Shown here in pieces: positions 37,636 to 47,107 of a stretch of 64,000 bases of DNA. The stretch is from Christensenellales bacterium (GTDB taxonomy: Bacteria; Bacillota; Clostridia; Christensenellales; Aristaeellaceae): assembly GCA_050952935.1 (NCBI GenBank), contig JBMNLS010000002.1:646988-710987 (forward strand), read 5' to 3'. Position numbers and translations under genes: made by a program. The notes below the pieces were generated by a model. That model did no database searches, was not told where the DNA came from, and saw only the letters and a list, made by a program, of their open reading frames with translations. Numbering within the stretch: position 1 is the stretch's first letter; each line of letters starts with the position of its first letter.

Positions 37636-38772
37636 TTATTCTTCCACAGGGATTGTTATCAATGTGTTTGGAAAATTAGTTAGTTTCTCGATTTCATTTT
37701 CTCTAATAAGAACCATATCCTCATATCTTACACCAATATTATTCTTGGGATCTCTAAGAAAAACATCAATGCAGAATACCATATTTTCTTTCAAAATATA
37801 CTCTGAACCCATTTCAATCCATGGATTTTCACATTCAACTAATCCAACGCTATGACAAGGTCCATAAACAAGCATATGCAAATTCCCCTGTTTTTCTATT
37901 TCATGCCGGTGAGCTTCTGCAACAAGTCTAGCGGGTTTACCATAGTTATCATTAATTGCGTTCTCGACTATTGTTTTGGCCTTGATACAACTATCAATAA
38001 TATGTTTTTGTGCTTGTGTTGGTTCACCCATAATTACTGCTCGACCAATTGCAGAAGCATAGCCCTCATAGCGAGCACCAAGCTGAATCTGTACAATAGA
38101 ACCTTTTCGAATTATCATTTTCGATGATGACGAAATTGCATATTCGGTATCCGTATCACAAGTTATCCACGCAGGGAATGCCTCACCCTCTGCGCCTTCC
38201 ATATACATTTTTTCAAGTGCAAATCCCTTCAACTCTTCGCAGGTCATTCCTACCTTAATATTCTTGAGCACATGCTCAAAAGCTGCTCTAGAAATGCGAG
38301 CAGCTTCCTTGAGACAACTAATTTCTGCGATAGATTTTTCAGCTCTTAAACTATCTACAATATCATCTGCTGGAATGATTTCAGCATGTGGTGCAACCAC
38401 ACCTAGTGATGACCTTATTTCGTCTGAAACCTCACGTGGAATAAACACCCAACCGACAATGCCTAATTTCTTAATTGGTTTTACTTGATTATATTGATTT
38501 AGAAGTTGAGAAAAACTATGAAAAGTATTATCTTCGTATTTGGGAGCAGAGGACTCACGAAAAGCGATCATTCTTTTTACAGACCTAAGCTTACTATGAG
38601 CCAATGCTCTTTCATAGCTTTCTGGTCCAACTAGAAGCGAAGCAGATTCTTGACAAGGTATCGCAATGCCTGCGGTCTCAAACACTGGTTGGAAATCCGA
38701 GAAATATCTTACATACTGAGGTTCAGCATTGTGGCCAAAAGCAATTAATACATCAATCTCATTAATTGCCAT
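37636..38772 (-). CDS. M24-fold (creatinase/prolidase-like) hydrolase, atypical metal-ligand positions
   Basis: Creatinase_N-like N-domain plus a pita-bread C-domain (GPCHSVGLVECENP). The expected Asp ligands appear replaced (IVQIQLGARYEGYASAIGRAV). Confidence 0.65.
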   Translation of the reverse strand: MAINEIDVLIAFGHNAEPQYVRYFSDFQPVFETAGIAIPCQESASLLVGPESYERALAHSKLRSVKRMIAFRESSAPKYEDNTFHSFSQLLNQYNQVKPIKKLGIVGWVFIPREVSDEIRSSLGVVAPHAEIIPADDIVDSLRAEKSIAEISCLKEAARISRAAFEHVLKNIKVGMTCEELKGFALEKMYMEGAEGEAFPAWITCDTDTEYAISSSSKMIIRKGSIVQIQLGARYEGYASAIGRAVIMGEPTQAQKHIIDSCIKAKTIVENAINDNYGKPARLVAEAHRHEIEKQGNLHMLVYGPCHSVGLVECENPWIEMGSEYILKENMVFCIDVFLRDPKNNIGVRYEDMVLIRENEIEKLTNFPNTLITIPVEE

Positions 38773-39674
38773 CCGTTAACAGCATTTTCTTCATTCAAAC
38801 TACAAATCTTTGCATACATCTCTTCTGTTGTTTTCATTCTGTTTTGAAAATTTGTGCTTTCTCGAACCTGATGATCTGCTTCAGCGAGTCCAATCAACTT
38901 TGCGGTGTATGGATGAACAGGAAAGTGAACAATATCGTTAGTTTTTCCAGATTCCACAATACGTCCGTCGTTTAGCACATATATACGATCACACAAATGA
39001 TATAGTAAACCTATATCTCTTGACGCAATTAGAGTTGAGAGTTTATTTTCGCTAATTAACCCCTTGATTAAATTAAAAACTTGGATCTGAATTGTTACAT
39101 CTAGCCCTCCCGTTGGCTCATCTGCTAAGAGCAAGGAAGGTTCACATATTAGAGCAATTGTAATTAAAACTCTTTGAGCCATACCACCGCTAAGCTCGTT
39201 AGGAAAACTATTGTATCGTTTTTCCGGATCTGGAATACCAACAAGTCCTAATAGTTCTATAACACGAGAATGTGCCTGATCATTGGTTACTCGGAAATGT
39301 GACATATAGATTCTTTTGATTTGATTACCAATCGTATCAATTGGGTCGAGTCGCCAATGGGGATTTGGTTTTATGCTCGCAACTTGTCTTCCTAAATACT
39401 CTTTTCTTAGAGTTTCTAAATCTATCTCTAAAAGATTAATTCCGTTAAGAATTACTTCACCTTTCGAAATCATTAAGGGTTCGCTCAATGAATTTATTAT
39501 TGCACTCAACAAAACGGACTTACCAGATCCAGAACCTCCAATTATACCAACACATTCAGTCTCATCAATTGTGATGTTTATATTATCTAGCAGTGGTTTG
39601 TCGAGATTACTGTCTGTTCCAGCCAGCATTACAGTTAAGCCTTTCACCTCTAATATAAGCTTTTGATGCTCCAT
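38745..39674 (-). CDS. Opp/Dpp-type ABC transporter ATP-binding protein (the only ATPase in the locus)
   Basis: GGSGSGKS Walker A, LSGGMAQR signature, LLLADEPT Walker B, HPYT C-terminal motif. Confidence 0.85.
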   Translation of the reverse strand: MEHQKLILEVKGLTVMLAGTDSNLDKPLLDNINITIDETECVGIIGGSGSGKSVLLSAIINSLSEPLMISKGEVILNGINLLEIDLETLRKEYLGRQVASIKPNPHWRLDPIDTIGNQIKRIYMSHFRVTNDQAHSRVIELLGLVGIPDPEKRYNSFPNELSGGMAQRVLITIALICEPSLLLADEPTGGLDVTIQIQVFNLIKGLISENKLSTLIASRDIGLLYHLCDRIYVLNDGRIVESGKTNDIVHFPVHPYTAKLIGLAEADHQVRESTNFQNRMKTTEEMYAKICSLNEENAVNGWQLMRLMY

Positions 39675-39682
39675 TTATATCA

Positions 39683-40549
39683 TTACCTCCAGTTTCGCGG
39701 ATCTATTGATTGAGCGATACCTTCACCAAGCATCGACAAACCAAAAACCAACAATCCTAGCATCATGCCAGGGAATACGACGGGCCACCATTTTCCAATG
39801 ATCATCCCCCGAGCCCCAATAGAGATCATAAGTCCCAGCTCAGGTTGAGGCATACTTACTCCGGCACCAACAAAGCTAAGACCCGCTGCCAATAATATTG
39901 ATGATGCAATGCATGTTGATATTTGTGTTATAGCAGGTGAAATCGCATTTGGCATTATGTGTTTAAAAAGAATAGCGCTGTTGCGCTGACCAATCACTCG
40001 TTCCTGTAACACAAACAAACTGTCTCTGATCCTGAGTACCTCTGTACGAACAAGTCTAGCGAAAACTGGAACCCATATAAAACCCAATACGTAGATAACA
40101 TTGTTAACGTTTTTTCCAGTAATTGCAACAACTGCAAGACCTAATATAAATACTGGGAAAGCTTGAATCACATCAAGGATTCTTATTATTAATAAACTAA
40201 TGTAGCTGTTAATTCCTTTTCCTGATTCATAATATCCAATGTAAAGGCCTAATGGAATCCCTATGACTACTCCTAGTGCGGTAGCCAAGATACCAATGAA
40301 AAGATCAATCCGTGGCGCATAAAGCAAACGCGTAAAAACATCCATCCCCATAGAATCTGTTCCCATTAAATGTAGACCGTCTGGAGGATGATTATACTCG
40401 CCTGTGAAAACCTCAGTTGGAGAGTATGGTGATAATTGAGGCGCAAAAATGGTTAAGATTATTAGTGGAAACAAAATACCTATTCCGATTATCAGATTGA
40501 TATTAAGATATTTGCCAATAGAACTATAAGTTTTCCTTTTATTAATCAT
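39683..40549 (-). CDS. Opp/Dpp-type ABC permease (DppC-like)
   Basis: Polytopic, BPD-transporter pattern, operon context. Confidence 0.8.
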   Translation of the reverse strand: MINKRKTYSSIGKYLNINLIIGIGILFPLIILTIFAPQLSPYSPTEVFTGEYNHPPDGLHLMGTDSMGMDVFTRLLYAPRIDLFIGILATALGVVIGIPLGLYIGYYESGKGINSYISLLIIRILDVIQAFPVFILGLAVVAITGKNVNNVIYVLGFIWVPVFARLVRTEVLRIRDSLFVLQERVIGQRNSAILFKHIMPNAISPAITQISTCIASSILLAAGLSFVGAGVSMPQPELGLMISIGARGMIIGKWWPVVFPGMMLGLLVFGLSMLGEGIAQSIDPRNWR

Positions 40550-41574
40550 ATCTCTATCCTCGGATCAATTGAATAATAGATAATGTCTAATATTAGATAC
40601 ACTAAGAATGAGATAATCGCTGACACAAGCACAATCATTTGCATCGGAGTATAATCAGAATGGGTGATTGATTGGACAGCGTATTGCCCAAGACCACCCC
40701 AGCTAAATATGTTTTCGACTAAAACACTCCCACCAAGCATAAAAATATATATGTAGCCTATAAGTGTAAGAACTGGTGGAAGAGAATTCCTAAAGATCAT
40801 ACTTTCAACGTACTTAGAATCAAGACCATTGTCTTGAGCATATTTTACATACTCATCTTTTTGAACACGCAGCATCGTTGCTTGGGCCATTTTTAGTATA
40901 GGAGCAGCATTCACAATCACTAACGCAAGCACAGGCGCAACAAGATGTGCGCAAGCGTTACCAAACAATTCCCATTCTCCTTGAAGCAGCGCATCAATTG
41001 TGTAAAATCCAGTAATGTGTGCTGGAGGTAGAAACTTAATATCAAGACGTCCAATTGGTGCGGGTATTACTTTAGCAAGTGCATAGAGAAGATATACAAT
41101 TACAAGAGATAACCAAAAATCCGGGAAAGCTCCGCCCAAAAATCCATATCCTCTGAGAATCTTGTTAATAACTTTATTTCCGCGGATAACCGTGACTTTC
41201 GCTATATATAACGAAAAAACAATGATAAAAAACATCGAAATTGTGACAAGTTCTAATGTAGCAGGAAGACGCTGGCTAATATCAAGCAATACAGGGTTTG
41301 ATGTAAACCATGAGTTTCCCATGTTGCCTGTAACGAGATCACGTATGAAATAAAAGTACTGAAGATACATTGGCTTGTTTAAACCCATTCGTTCCGAGAG
41401 GGCAGCGACAGCCTCTTCTGAAGCTCCTTGTCCTAGAAGTATATATGCTGGATTTCCAGGAATTAATCTAACAAGTAGGAATACTACAATTGTTACTCCA
41501 ATTAGTTGTGGAAAAAGGAATAGAAGGCGTCTTCCGATGAATTTGAATGTTTTTTGAAATCTAAACCTGCTCAT
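40546..41574 (-). CDS. Opp/Dpp-type ABC permease (DppB-like)
   Basis: MSRFRFQKTFKFIGRRLLFLFPQLIGVTIVVFLLVRLIPG is a typical DppB N-terminus. Confidence 0.85.
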   Translation of the reverse strand: MSRFRFQKTFKFIGRRLLFLFPQLIGVTIVVFLLVRLIPGNPAYILLGQGASEEAVAALSERMGLNKPMYLQYFYFIRDLVTGNMGNSWFTSNPVLLDISQRLPATLELVTISMFFIIVFSLYIAKVTVIRGNKVINKILRGYGFLGGAFPDFWLSLVIVYLLYALAKVIPAPIGRLDIKFLPPAHITGFYTIDALLQGEWELFGNACAHLVAPVLALVIVNAAPILKMAQATMLRVQKDEYVKYAQDNGLDSKYVESMIFRNSLPPVLTLIGYIYIFMLGGSVLVENIFSWGGLGQYAVQSITHSDYTPMQMIVLVSAIISFLVYLILDIIYYSIDPRIEI

Positions 41575-41623
41575 ATTGTTCCTCTTAGTTATTAGCTGTA
41601 AAATTAGGATCTTTGAGGAGGTA

Positions 41624-41662
41624 GTCCTGGAAGGAAGGATGTTTTCTCAATCCTTCCAGGAC
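41624..41662 (-). other. Intercistronic 12-bp hairpin between the SBP gene and the first permease gene
   Basis: gtcctggaagga ... tccttccaggac. Confidence 0.6.
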
Positions 41663-41683
41663 CTACTGCATACAATTACTGTT

Positions 41684-43294
41684 TTACTTATTAATGTCTA
41701 GTAAATCCCAATAAAAGTCATTAACTGTATCATAAACTAAACGACCACCTACATAATCGCGCTTGGCAATTTGCAGGTTTGTTGATACTACTGGCACAGC
41801 ACAAACCTCATCGACTAGTATTTTCTGTATTTCTTCATGATAAGCGACACGCTCACCGTAATCTAGTATTCCCGCACCAATATTGAGCATTTCAGCCACA
41901 GTAGGATTGTCATACTTGCCAAAATTGTTTGATCCGCCTGGTTTAAAATACAAACTGCATCCAAAATTAATATCTGGTTGCACTGGCAAGCCTGTTTCCA
42001 TGCAAATTTGAAGTTCCTTGGCGTATTTCTGTTCAGTTAAGGTTGCCAACATTGTGCTTTTCAATTTAAGCGTAATGCCTATTTTTTCCAGACTCGCTTG
42101 ATATGCTACACAAATTGCTTCATCCATGGGATTTGAATTATCATAACCAATTTCGCAAGTAAAACCGTCAGGATAACCAGCGTCAGTTATAAGCTGTTTC
42201 GCTTTTTCTAAATCATACTCATAAGGCCAGTAGTCTGAAGATCCTGGTATCATTGCTGGAACTTGACTCCTCATCGGAGTACCATAACCCTTATATACAT
42301 CACGTGCGATTTCTTCTGCAGGAAGAGCATAAATCATTGCCTGACGAACAACTGGATCATCGAATATCTCATCTTCACAATCCAAGAAAATCCATGTTGA
42401 ATTTGCAGTAAGAATGTTCCAGACATCAACGCCATCTACGGTTTTTAAATAATTAAGTTCATCTGGATCTAAATTGAGTGCCATATCAATTGTTCCCGCT
42501 TCTAACATGGCCACACGATTCGAAGATTCCGGTATTTCTCGAAGCATAATAATATCAATATCTGGCTTTCCTGCCCACCAATCTTCACGCGCCTTCCATG
42601 TCATATACTGCCCTGCTCGCCATTCAAGCAACTCATATGGAGAAAAGCCACAATTGTTACGAGAAACCCATTCGGTCGCATAAGGGTCGTTTTCCGTAGC
42701 ATGTTGTTTGGCAGCGGTTGAATCTATAAAACTTGTCCAGCTATGGCAATTGATTAGTGCAATAAGTCCATTTGGAGAGTCAAGATGAATCTCATAATTG
42801 TATTCGTCTATGATATTAAGATTCTCTGGTCCAGTAATACCGGCGGTTCCCCATAAGAACGCTTGAAATCCATTTAAAGCTTTTGCACGTTCAAGTGTAT
42901 ATAGAACATCTTGTGTGGTTAATTCATTACCCCATTGACTAGTGACACCCTTCCGTAAACGAAAAGTCGCAGATTTGGCATCATCCTGTACATGAAATGA
43001 TTCAATGAGTCTTCCTTCAACAGCATCGGCGGTTTGAATAGTAAAATCGGGGTAAAAGACATTATTAGCAGCAAGACTTTCATCGAATGGATAGGGTTGT
43101 TCTTTCCAACGCAGCCCTTTGTCACGCATTAAAGAAATGATCTGTCCACCAGTTAATGTGGGTTGTTCAAAATCCAGAGAATTTAGCAGGGTGGGAACTC
43201 CTACAATTAGCGTTTTTTCTTCAGCCAAAACAAAAGGTACAAACAAGGAACTAATTAGTATGGTCGCAGCGAGGAATCCAACTAGCTTTTTCAT
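41684..43294 (-). CDS. ABC transporter substrate-binding protein, family 5 (peptide/nickel/opine type)
   Basis: 536 aa, signal peptide, SBP_bac_5-like pattern, operon context. Confidence 0.8.
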   Translation of the reverse strand: MKKLVGFLAATILISSLFVPFVLAEEKTLIVGVPTLLNSLDFEQPTLTGGQIISLMRDKGLRWKEQPYPFDESLAANNVFYPDFTIQTADAVEGRLIESFHVQDDAKSATFRLRKGVTSQWGNELTTQDVLYTLERAKALNGFQAFLWGTAGITGPENLNIIDEYNYEIHLDSPNGLIALINCHSWTSFIDSTAAKQHATENDPYATEWVSRNNCGFSPYELLEWRAGQYMTWKAREDWWAGKPDIDIIMLREIPESSNRVAMLEAGTIDMALNLDPDELNYLKTVDGVDVWNILTANSTWIFLDCEDEIFDDPVVRQAMIYALPAEEIARDVYKGYGTPMRSQVPAMIPGSSDYWPYEYDLEKAKQLITDAGYPDGFTCEIGYDNSNPMDEAICVAYQASLEKIGITLKLKSTMLATLTEQKYAKELQICMETGLPVQPDINFGCSLYFKPGGSNNFGKYDNPTVAEMLNIGAGILDYGERVAYHEEIQKILVDEVCAVPVVSTNLQIAKRDYVGGRLVYDTVNDFYWDLLDINK

Positions 43295-43400
43295 CTTATT
43301 CTTCCTTTCTATTATTCATTATCGCTCTCCGCGATATAATCTCATATTAGCGAAAACATAAATGCAAAATAGGCTTCAAACTTGAAGGGAATGTTAAACG

Positions 43401-44129
43401 CTAGTTTTTCAATTTCAATAAACGACTTATATTTCCGCCCATTATCTTCTTTCTGTCAGAAACTGATGAAACGGTAACCTCAATTTTTTTGATTTGCACT
43501 TCGAAATCCCAATAGGGACTATCGGTCCCCATCAAAACTCTTTCTGCACCAAGCTTTTGCACACTTTCAACAATTCCACCTGAAATCCCTGATTCGTGTG
43601 CAAGGTAGATATTTGGACAGGATTCTGCTACAGAAACAGCTTCAGGAGTATTTTGCATAAAACCAGAGTGCGCCATTATAATATTTACTTTTGGAAACAT
43701 TTCCGCTATTGGGATGAAAGTATGGGGAATGGCTACCAATTCGTCTCCTGAATATGCGATAATTGGAATATCCAAATCCTGAGCAACTTGAAAGATGGGG
43801 GCAATTGCACCAGTTCCAGTCATCTTGAAACTGTGGGCATTTGCATGAATTTTTATCCCCTTGAATCCATACTTTTCTATTTCGTTGCGTGCTACCTTAT
43901 CATAGTCACGAACTACCCAAGGAGCGGCCATATAGAAGCCTATTAAGCGATCTGGGTGTTGTTTTACAGCGGTGTAGGTATAGTGATTATCAAAATTTTC
44001 ATATCGGAATGGAAATACTACAGCCTTGTCTATCCCAGCTTTATCCATTTTTCGCAACAGGTCATCAGCTGTTTGGCGATCTTTGGTCCCCCATGGCTCG
44101 CCTATGTGATTATGACAATCAATAATCAT
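43401..44129 (-). CDS. Amidohydrolase-2-type metal-dependent TIM-barrel hydrolase
   Basis: MIIDCHNHIG N-terminal HxH motif and a late ...GTDSPYWD Asp motif. Confidence 0.7.
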   Translation of the reverse strand: MIIDCHNHIGEPWGTKDRQTADDLLRKMDKAGIDKAVVFPFRYENFDNHYTYTAVKQHPDRLIGFYMAAPWVVRDYDKVARNEIEKYGFKGIKIHANAHSFKMTGTGAIAPIFQVAQDLDIPIIAYSGDELVAIPHTFIPIAEMFPKVNIIMAHSGFMQNTPEAVSVAESCPNIYLAHESGISGGIVESVQKLGAERVLMGTDSPYWDFEVQIKKIEVTVSSVSDRKKIMGGNISRLLKLKN

Positions 44130-44145
44130 ACTTGCGCTCCTTCAA

Positions 44146-44883
44146 TTACTTTATTCCGAGGATGTTTAAGATGTTTTCTCCAAGAATTTTATTTCGTTTT
44201 TCATTATCTTCAACACCAACACGTATTTTTTCTAACTCAACTCGTTCATCCATATACGGACTATCACTTCCCCATATAATTCGCTCAGTTTCAATTGTTG
44301 ACAGAGCATCGCGTAGTTGCTGCGAAGTTGCGGCAGTCTGGTCGAGGATAATGTTTTTGTTACGTTGAGCAACTCGAATCGCTTCATCAGCAAGATTTCT
44401 AAACCCGGAATGTGAGATTGTAAGCTTTAAATTCGGGTAGTACTTTAGAATTTCTTCACATTGAAGTGGAGTTGAGGAAACATCGTCACCTGTGTGAACC
44501 ATGAGCATTAGTTCTTCGTCTTCACATGTACTAAAACACTCATGCAATAATTCAAAAGAATTGATATTAAAGCCTTCTGATGGCGCTCTAAGCTTTATTC
44601 CACGAGCACCCCAATCTTTCCATAAACGGATTTCATCTTTAATGTTTTTATGTCGCCAAGGATTAAACATAACATAAGCAATTAATCTATCCGAATGCTC
44701 ACGTGCACAACGACAATGCCATTCAATATCGTAATTGAAAATCATTGGTAGAATAATTGACATATCTACACAGTCACGGTCCATATCTCGCAACAACGCA
44801 TCTGGCGTATATCGTACGTCCAGGTGACAAGAAGGCCCCCAAGCAACTCCAAAATGAACATGAGCGTTAACTATTTTGCTCAT
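44146..44883 (-). CDS. Amidohydrolase-2-type metal-dependent TIM-barrel hydrolase (paralog)
   Basis: IVNAHVHFG HxH motif and GSDSPYMD. Start at MSKIV follows a GGAGG RBS. Confidence 0.7.
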   Translation of the reverse strand: MSKIVNAHVHFGVAWGPSCHLDVRYTPDALLRDMDRDCVDMSIILPMIFNYDIEWHCRCAREHSDRLIAYVMFNPWRHKNIKDEIRLWKDWGARGIKLRAPSEGFNINSFELLHECFSTCEDEELMLMVHTGDDVSSTPLQCEEILKYYPNLKLTISHSGFRNLADEAIRVAQRNKNIILDQTAATSQQLRDALSTIETERIIWGSDSPYMDERVELEKIRVGVEDNEKRNKILGENILNILGIK

Positions 44884-45505
44884 CACAACCTCCTGTAATG
44901 CTTGTAGTTGTAGTTTTGGGATGCGCATAAAAGTATGGCGGTGTTGTTACACACATCATCTTTGCGATTTTGTCTTTAGAAATGTTGATAAACACATGAT
45001 TTTTTGAACAATCATTTAAATAATAGCAATCACCTTCGTTCATTATAAAACTATTTCCATCAACAATCATCTTAAACGTCCCAGAAACAACATAGAACAC
45101 CTCCTGTCCATTGTGAGAATATGGTTGTGGTTCTTTCTTATTGTTAGTAGCGCAAAGAGAATGTATGCATACTTCCATGATGTTATTTGAGTTAAAAGCA
45201 GATAAAAATTCTATCTCTAGATTGTTCTCACCAATATTTGTTAATCGATGCCTTTCATTTACTCGAACAAGCTTATATTGCTCATCATTGTTGTTATCTT
45301 CTCCAAGCAATCTGCTAAGTGTTACATCAAGTGCATCGGATATTTTCTTGAGTGTTGTCAAGGAAGGAATATTCTTTCCATTCTCTATTTGAGACAAGAA
45401 GCTAATGGATACACCTACTTTGCTCGATAGATCTTTCAGTGACATTTTTCTGGCTTTACGGATTGTTTTAATGTTGCTACCAAGATTTGTCGTAATAGTT
45501 ACCAT
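44867..45505 (-). CDS. XRE-family HTH + cupin domain transcriptional regulator
   Basis: LKDLSSKVGVSISFLSQIENGK HTH followed by a C-terminal cupin beta-barrel pattern. Confidence 0.85.
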   Translation of the reverse strand: MVTITTNLGSNIKTIRKARKMSLKDLSSKVGVSISFLSQIENGKNIPSLTTLKKISDALDVTLSRLLGEDNNNDEQYKLVRVNERHRLTNIGENNLEIEFLSAFNSNNIMEVCIHSLCATNNKKEPQPYSHNGQEVFYVVSGTFKMIVDGNSFIMNEGDCYYLNDCSKNHVFINISKDKIAKMMCVTTPPYFYAHPKTTTTSITGGCDEQNS

Positions 45506-46240
45506 TTTTTTCTCAAACTTTCAAATAAAATTGATGACAAATTAAAACTCATTCTACAATAAACACGTAAACATAAGTTTACTAATAATAAAAATAGAAC
45601 AGCCTCTTAACTTAAGATTAAATTTAGACTAAAAAGTAGTCGTTGTCAATATTTCTTTTGTTTTTGGTTTGTACTAGTTTGTAGGGATAGTGGGTGAGAA
45701 AGAGAAAAAAAGAGAAGAGAAAGAGTCATATTCGGATGGAATGTTATTATTCCACAATATTCTTGAAAGAACTCTTTCTCTATAAGCAAGTATTACTCAG
45801 GACATGAAGTGCCGACAAGTCTTGATAAACTTTACTTTCAAGTACGATGTTAGCAGGATATCCAGGAAACACAACAGAACACGATCTTACATCTTTTTCC
45901 AGTTGAACCATTATGATAGCACACAGGAATGCCTTATTTGTCGTTCTCGGAGACCATACAGTCATCTCAACCAACACACCAAGGAAGAAATTGCCTTGCT
46001 ACGGAACATGTATAGTGGGAAGAACAGAAAAGAGTCAATCAACATGAACGAAAAGCAGTAAAGCAAAGTTATTTGGTGTTATGTATTTTCTACCTGGTTA
46101 AGTAGCCACAGTACGGCCTGCTCTATAGCGCTCGTATGACCTGTATTGTTTTTTCAATGCAATTTTGCCTATACTTCCGTATTAGGTTACATGATTGCAT
46201 AAAAGGGTGATACAGATTACAGAAAGCACGTCGGTTCGAT

Positions 46241-46786
46241 TTATAATACCTTGATCATAAAAAGCTCTTTCAACATGGTTCCATCCTTCAGGCAAATAGC
46301 ATTTGGCAGTTCTCCCACTTCAATGAAACCCATTTTTTCATACAGTTTTCTTCCCCGCTCATTGCCTTCAATGTAAGTCAGCTCAAGTTGACAAATTCCC
46401 TTTTTTCTGGCAATCGAAATCATCTCTTGAAACATTACAGTACCAATTCCAATGCCCCAGTATTTTTTGATGATAGCAAGAGCTATACCGCCACGATGAG
46501 ATGTTTTGATACGTTTGCGAAAACTGATTTCGCAATTGCCGACAATTTTGTTATTGACAATGCAAACAATCATCAAGTTGCTCTGAGAAGAGTTGATACC
46601 ATTGAGGAATTGAGCCACTTGCTCAACGGTTTCATCACATTCTTCCGGATAACGAAGTATGAAGTTGGTCTCCGATGCACAGGTTTTCACGAAATCCATC
46701 ATTTCAGCTGCATCATGAACCACTGGGCTTCTGAAAAGAGCCTCTTGTTCGTTTTTAAGATATACTTTTTTTGGAGCGAAAATCAT
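46241..46786 (-). CDS. GNAT family N-acetyltransferase
   Basis: [25 protein letters not shown]... matches the acetyl-CoA motif A (Q/RxxGxG/A). Start at MIFAPKK follows a GAGGT RBS. Confidence 0.8.
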   Translation of the reverse strand: MIFAPKKVYLKNEQEALFRSPVVHDAAEMMDFVKTCASETNFILRYPEECDETVEQVAQFLNGINSSQSNLMIVCIVNNKIVGNCEISFRKRIKTSHRGGIALAIIKKYWGIGIGTVMFQEMISIARKKGICQLELTYIEGNERGRKLYEKMGFIEVGELPNAICLKDGTMLKELFMIKVL

Positions 46787-47107
46787 ACGCAACCTCACAT
46801 AACCATGCAATCATTTTAGAATCAACATACACACACAAATCATTTTCAACACCAAGCTATATTTTCCTCTGAACTACCCATTAATTCTGGACTGGAAAGT
46901 ACTTTTATAATCCAAATATTAGCGGTTCTCATGTGCTACCTCCGCAAAAGGCCTTGGTTTGCCTGTAACCACCGCTGTAGCGTCCTAGAAGCCCCATAGA
47001 CAGCTTATAGATTGTTTTGCGGGAAAACCCCTTCGGCTTCGAATTCAAGAGCGCTGTAGAGCCTTTAAAGAGTCAATTTAAGAATCAATATGAAACATAT
47101 CCTTTGG

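Noticed and set aside
45780-46061. Overlapping ORFs 45804-46061 (+) and 45780-45977 (-). The plus-strand one has a faint resemblance (RRPYSHL..EEIALL) to IS30-type transposase N-termini.
   Set aside because: There is no RBS, the ORFs are short and mutually overlapping, and the similarity is too weak to call. It is at most a decayed remnant.
46900-47107. A third copy of the tRNA-Pro att core that would define a small nested int-xis-rep element (about 47.0-51.0 kb).
   Set aside because: By-eye comparison with the 46-nt core found no convincing match. Only the 28717-28762 copy exists in the window.
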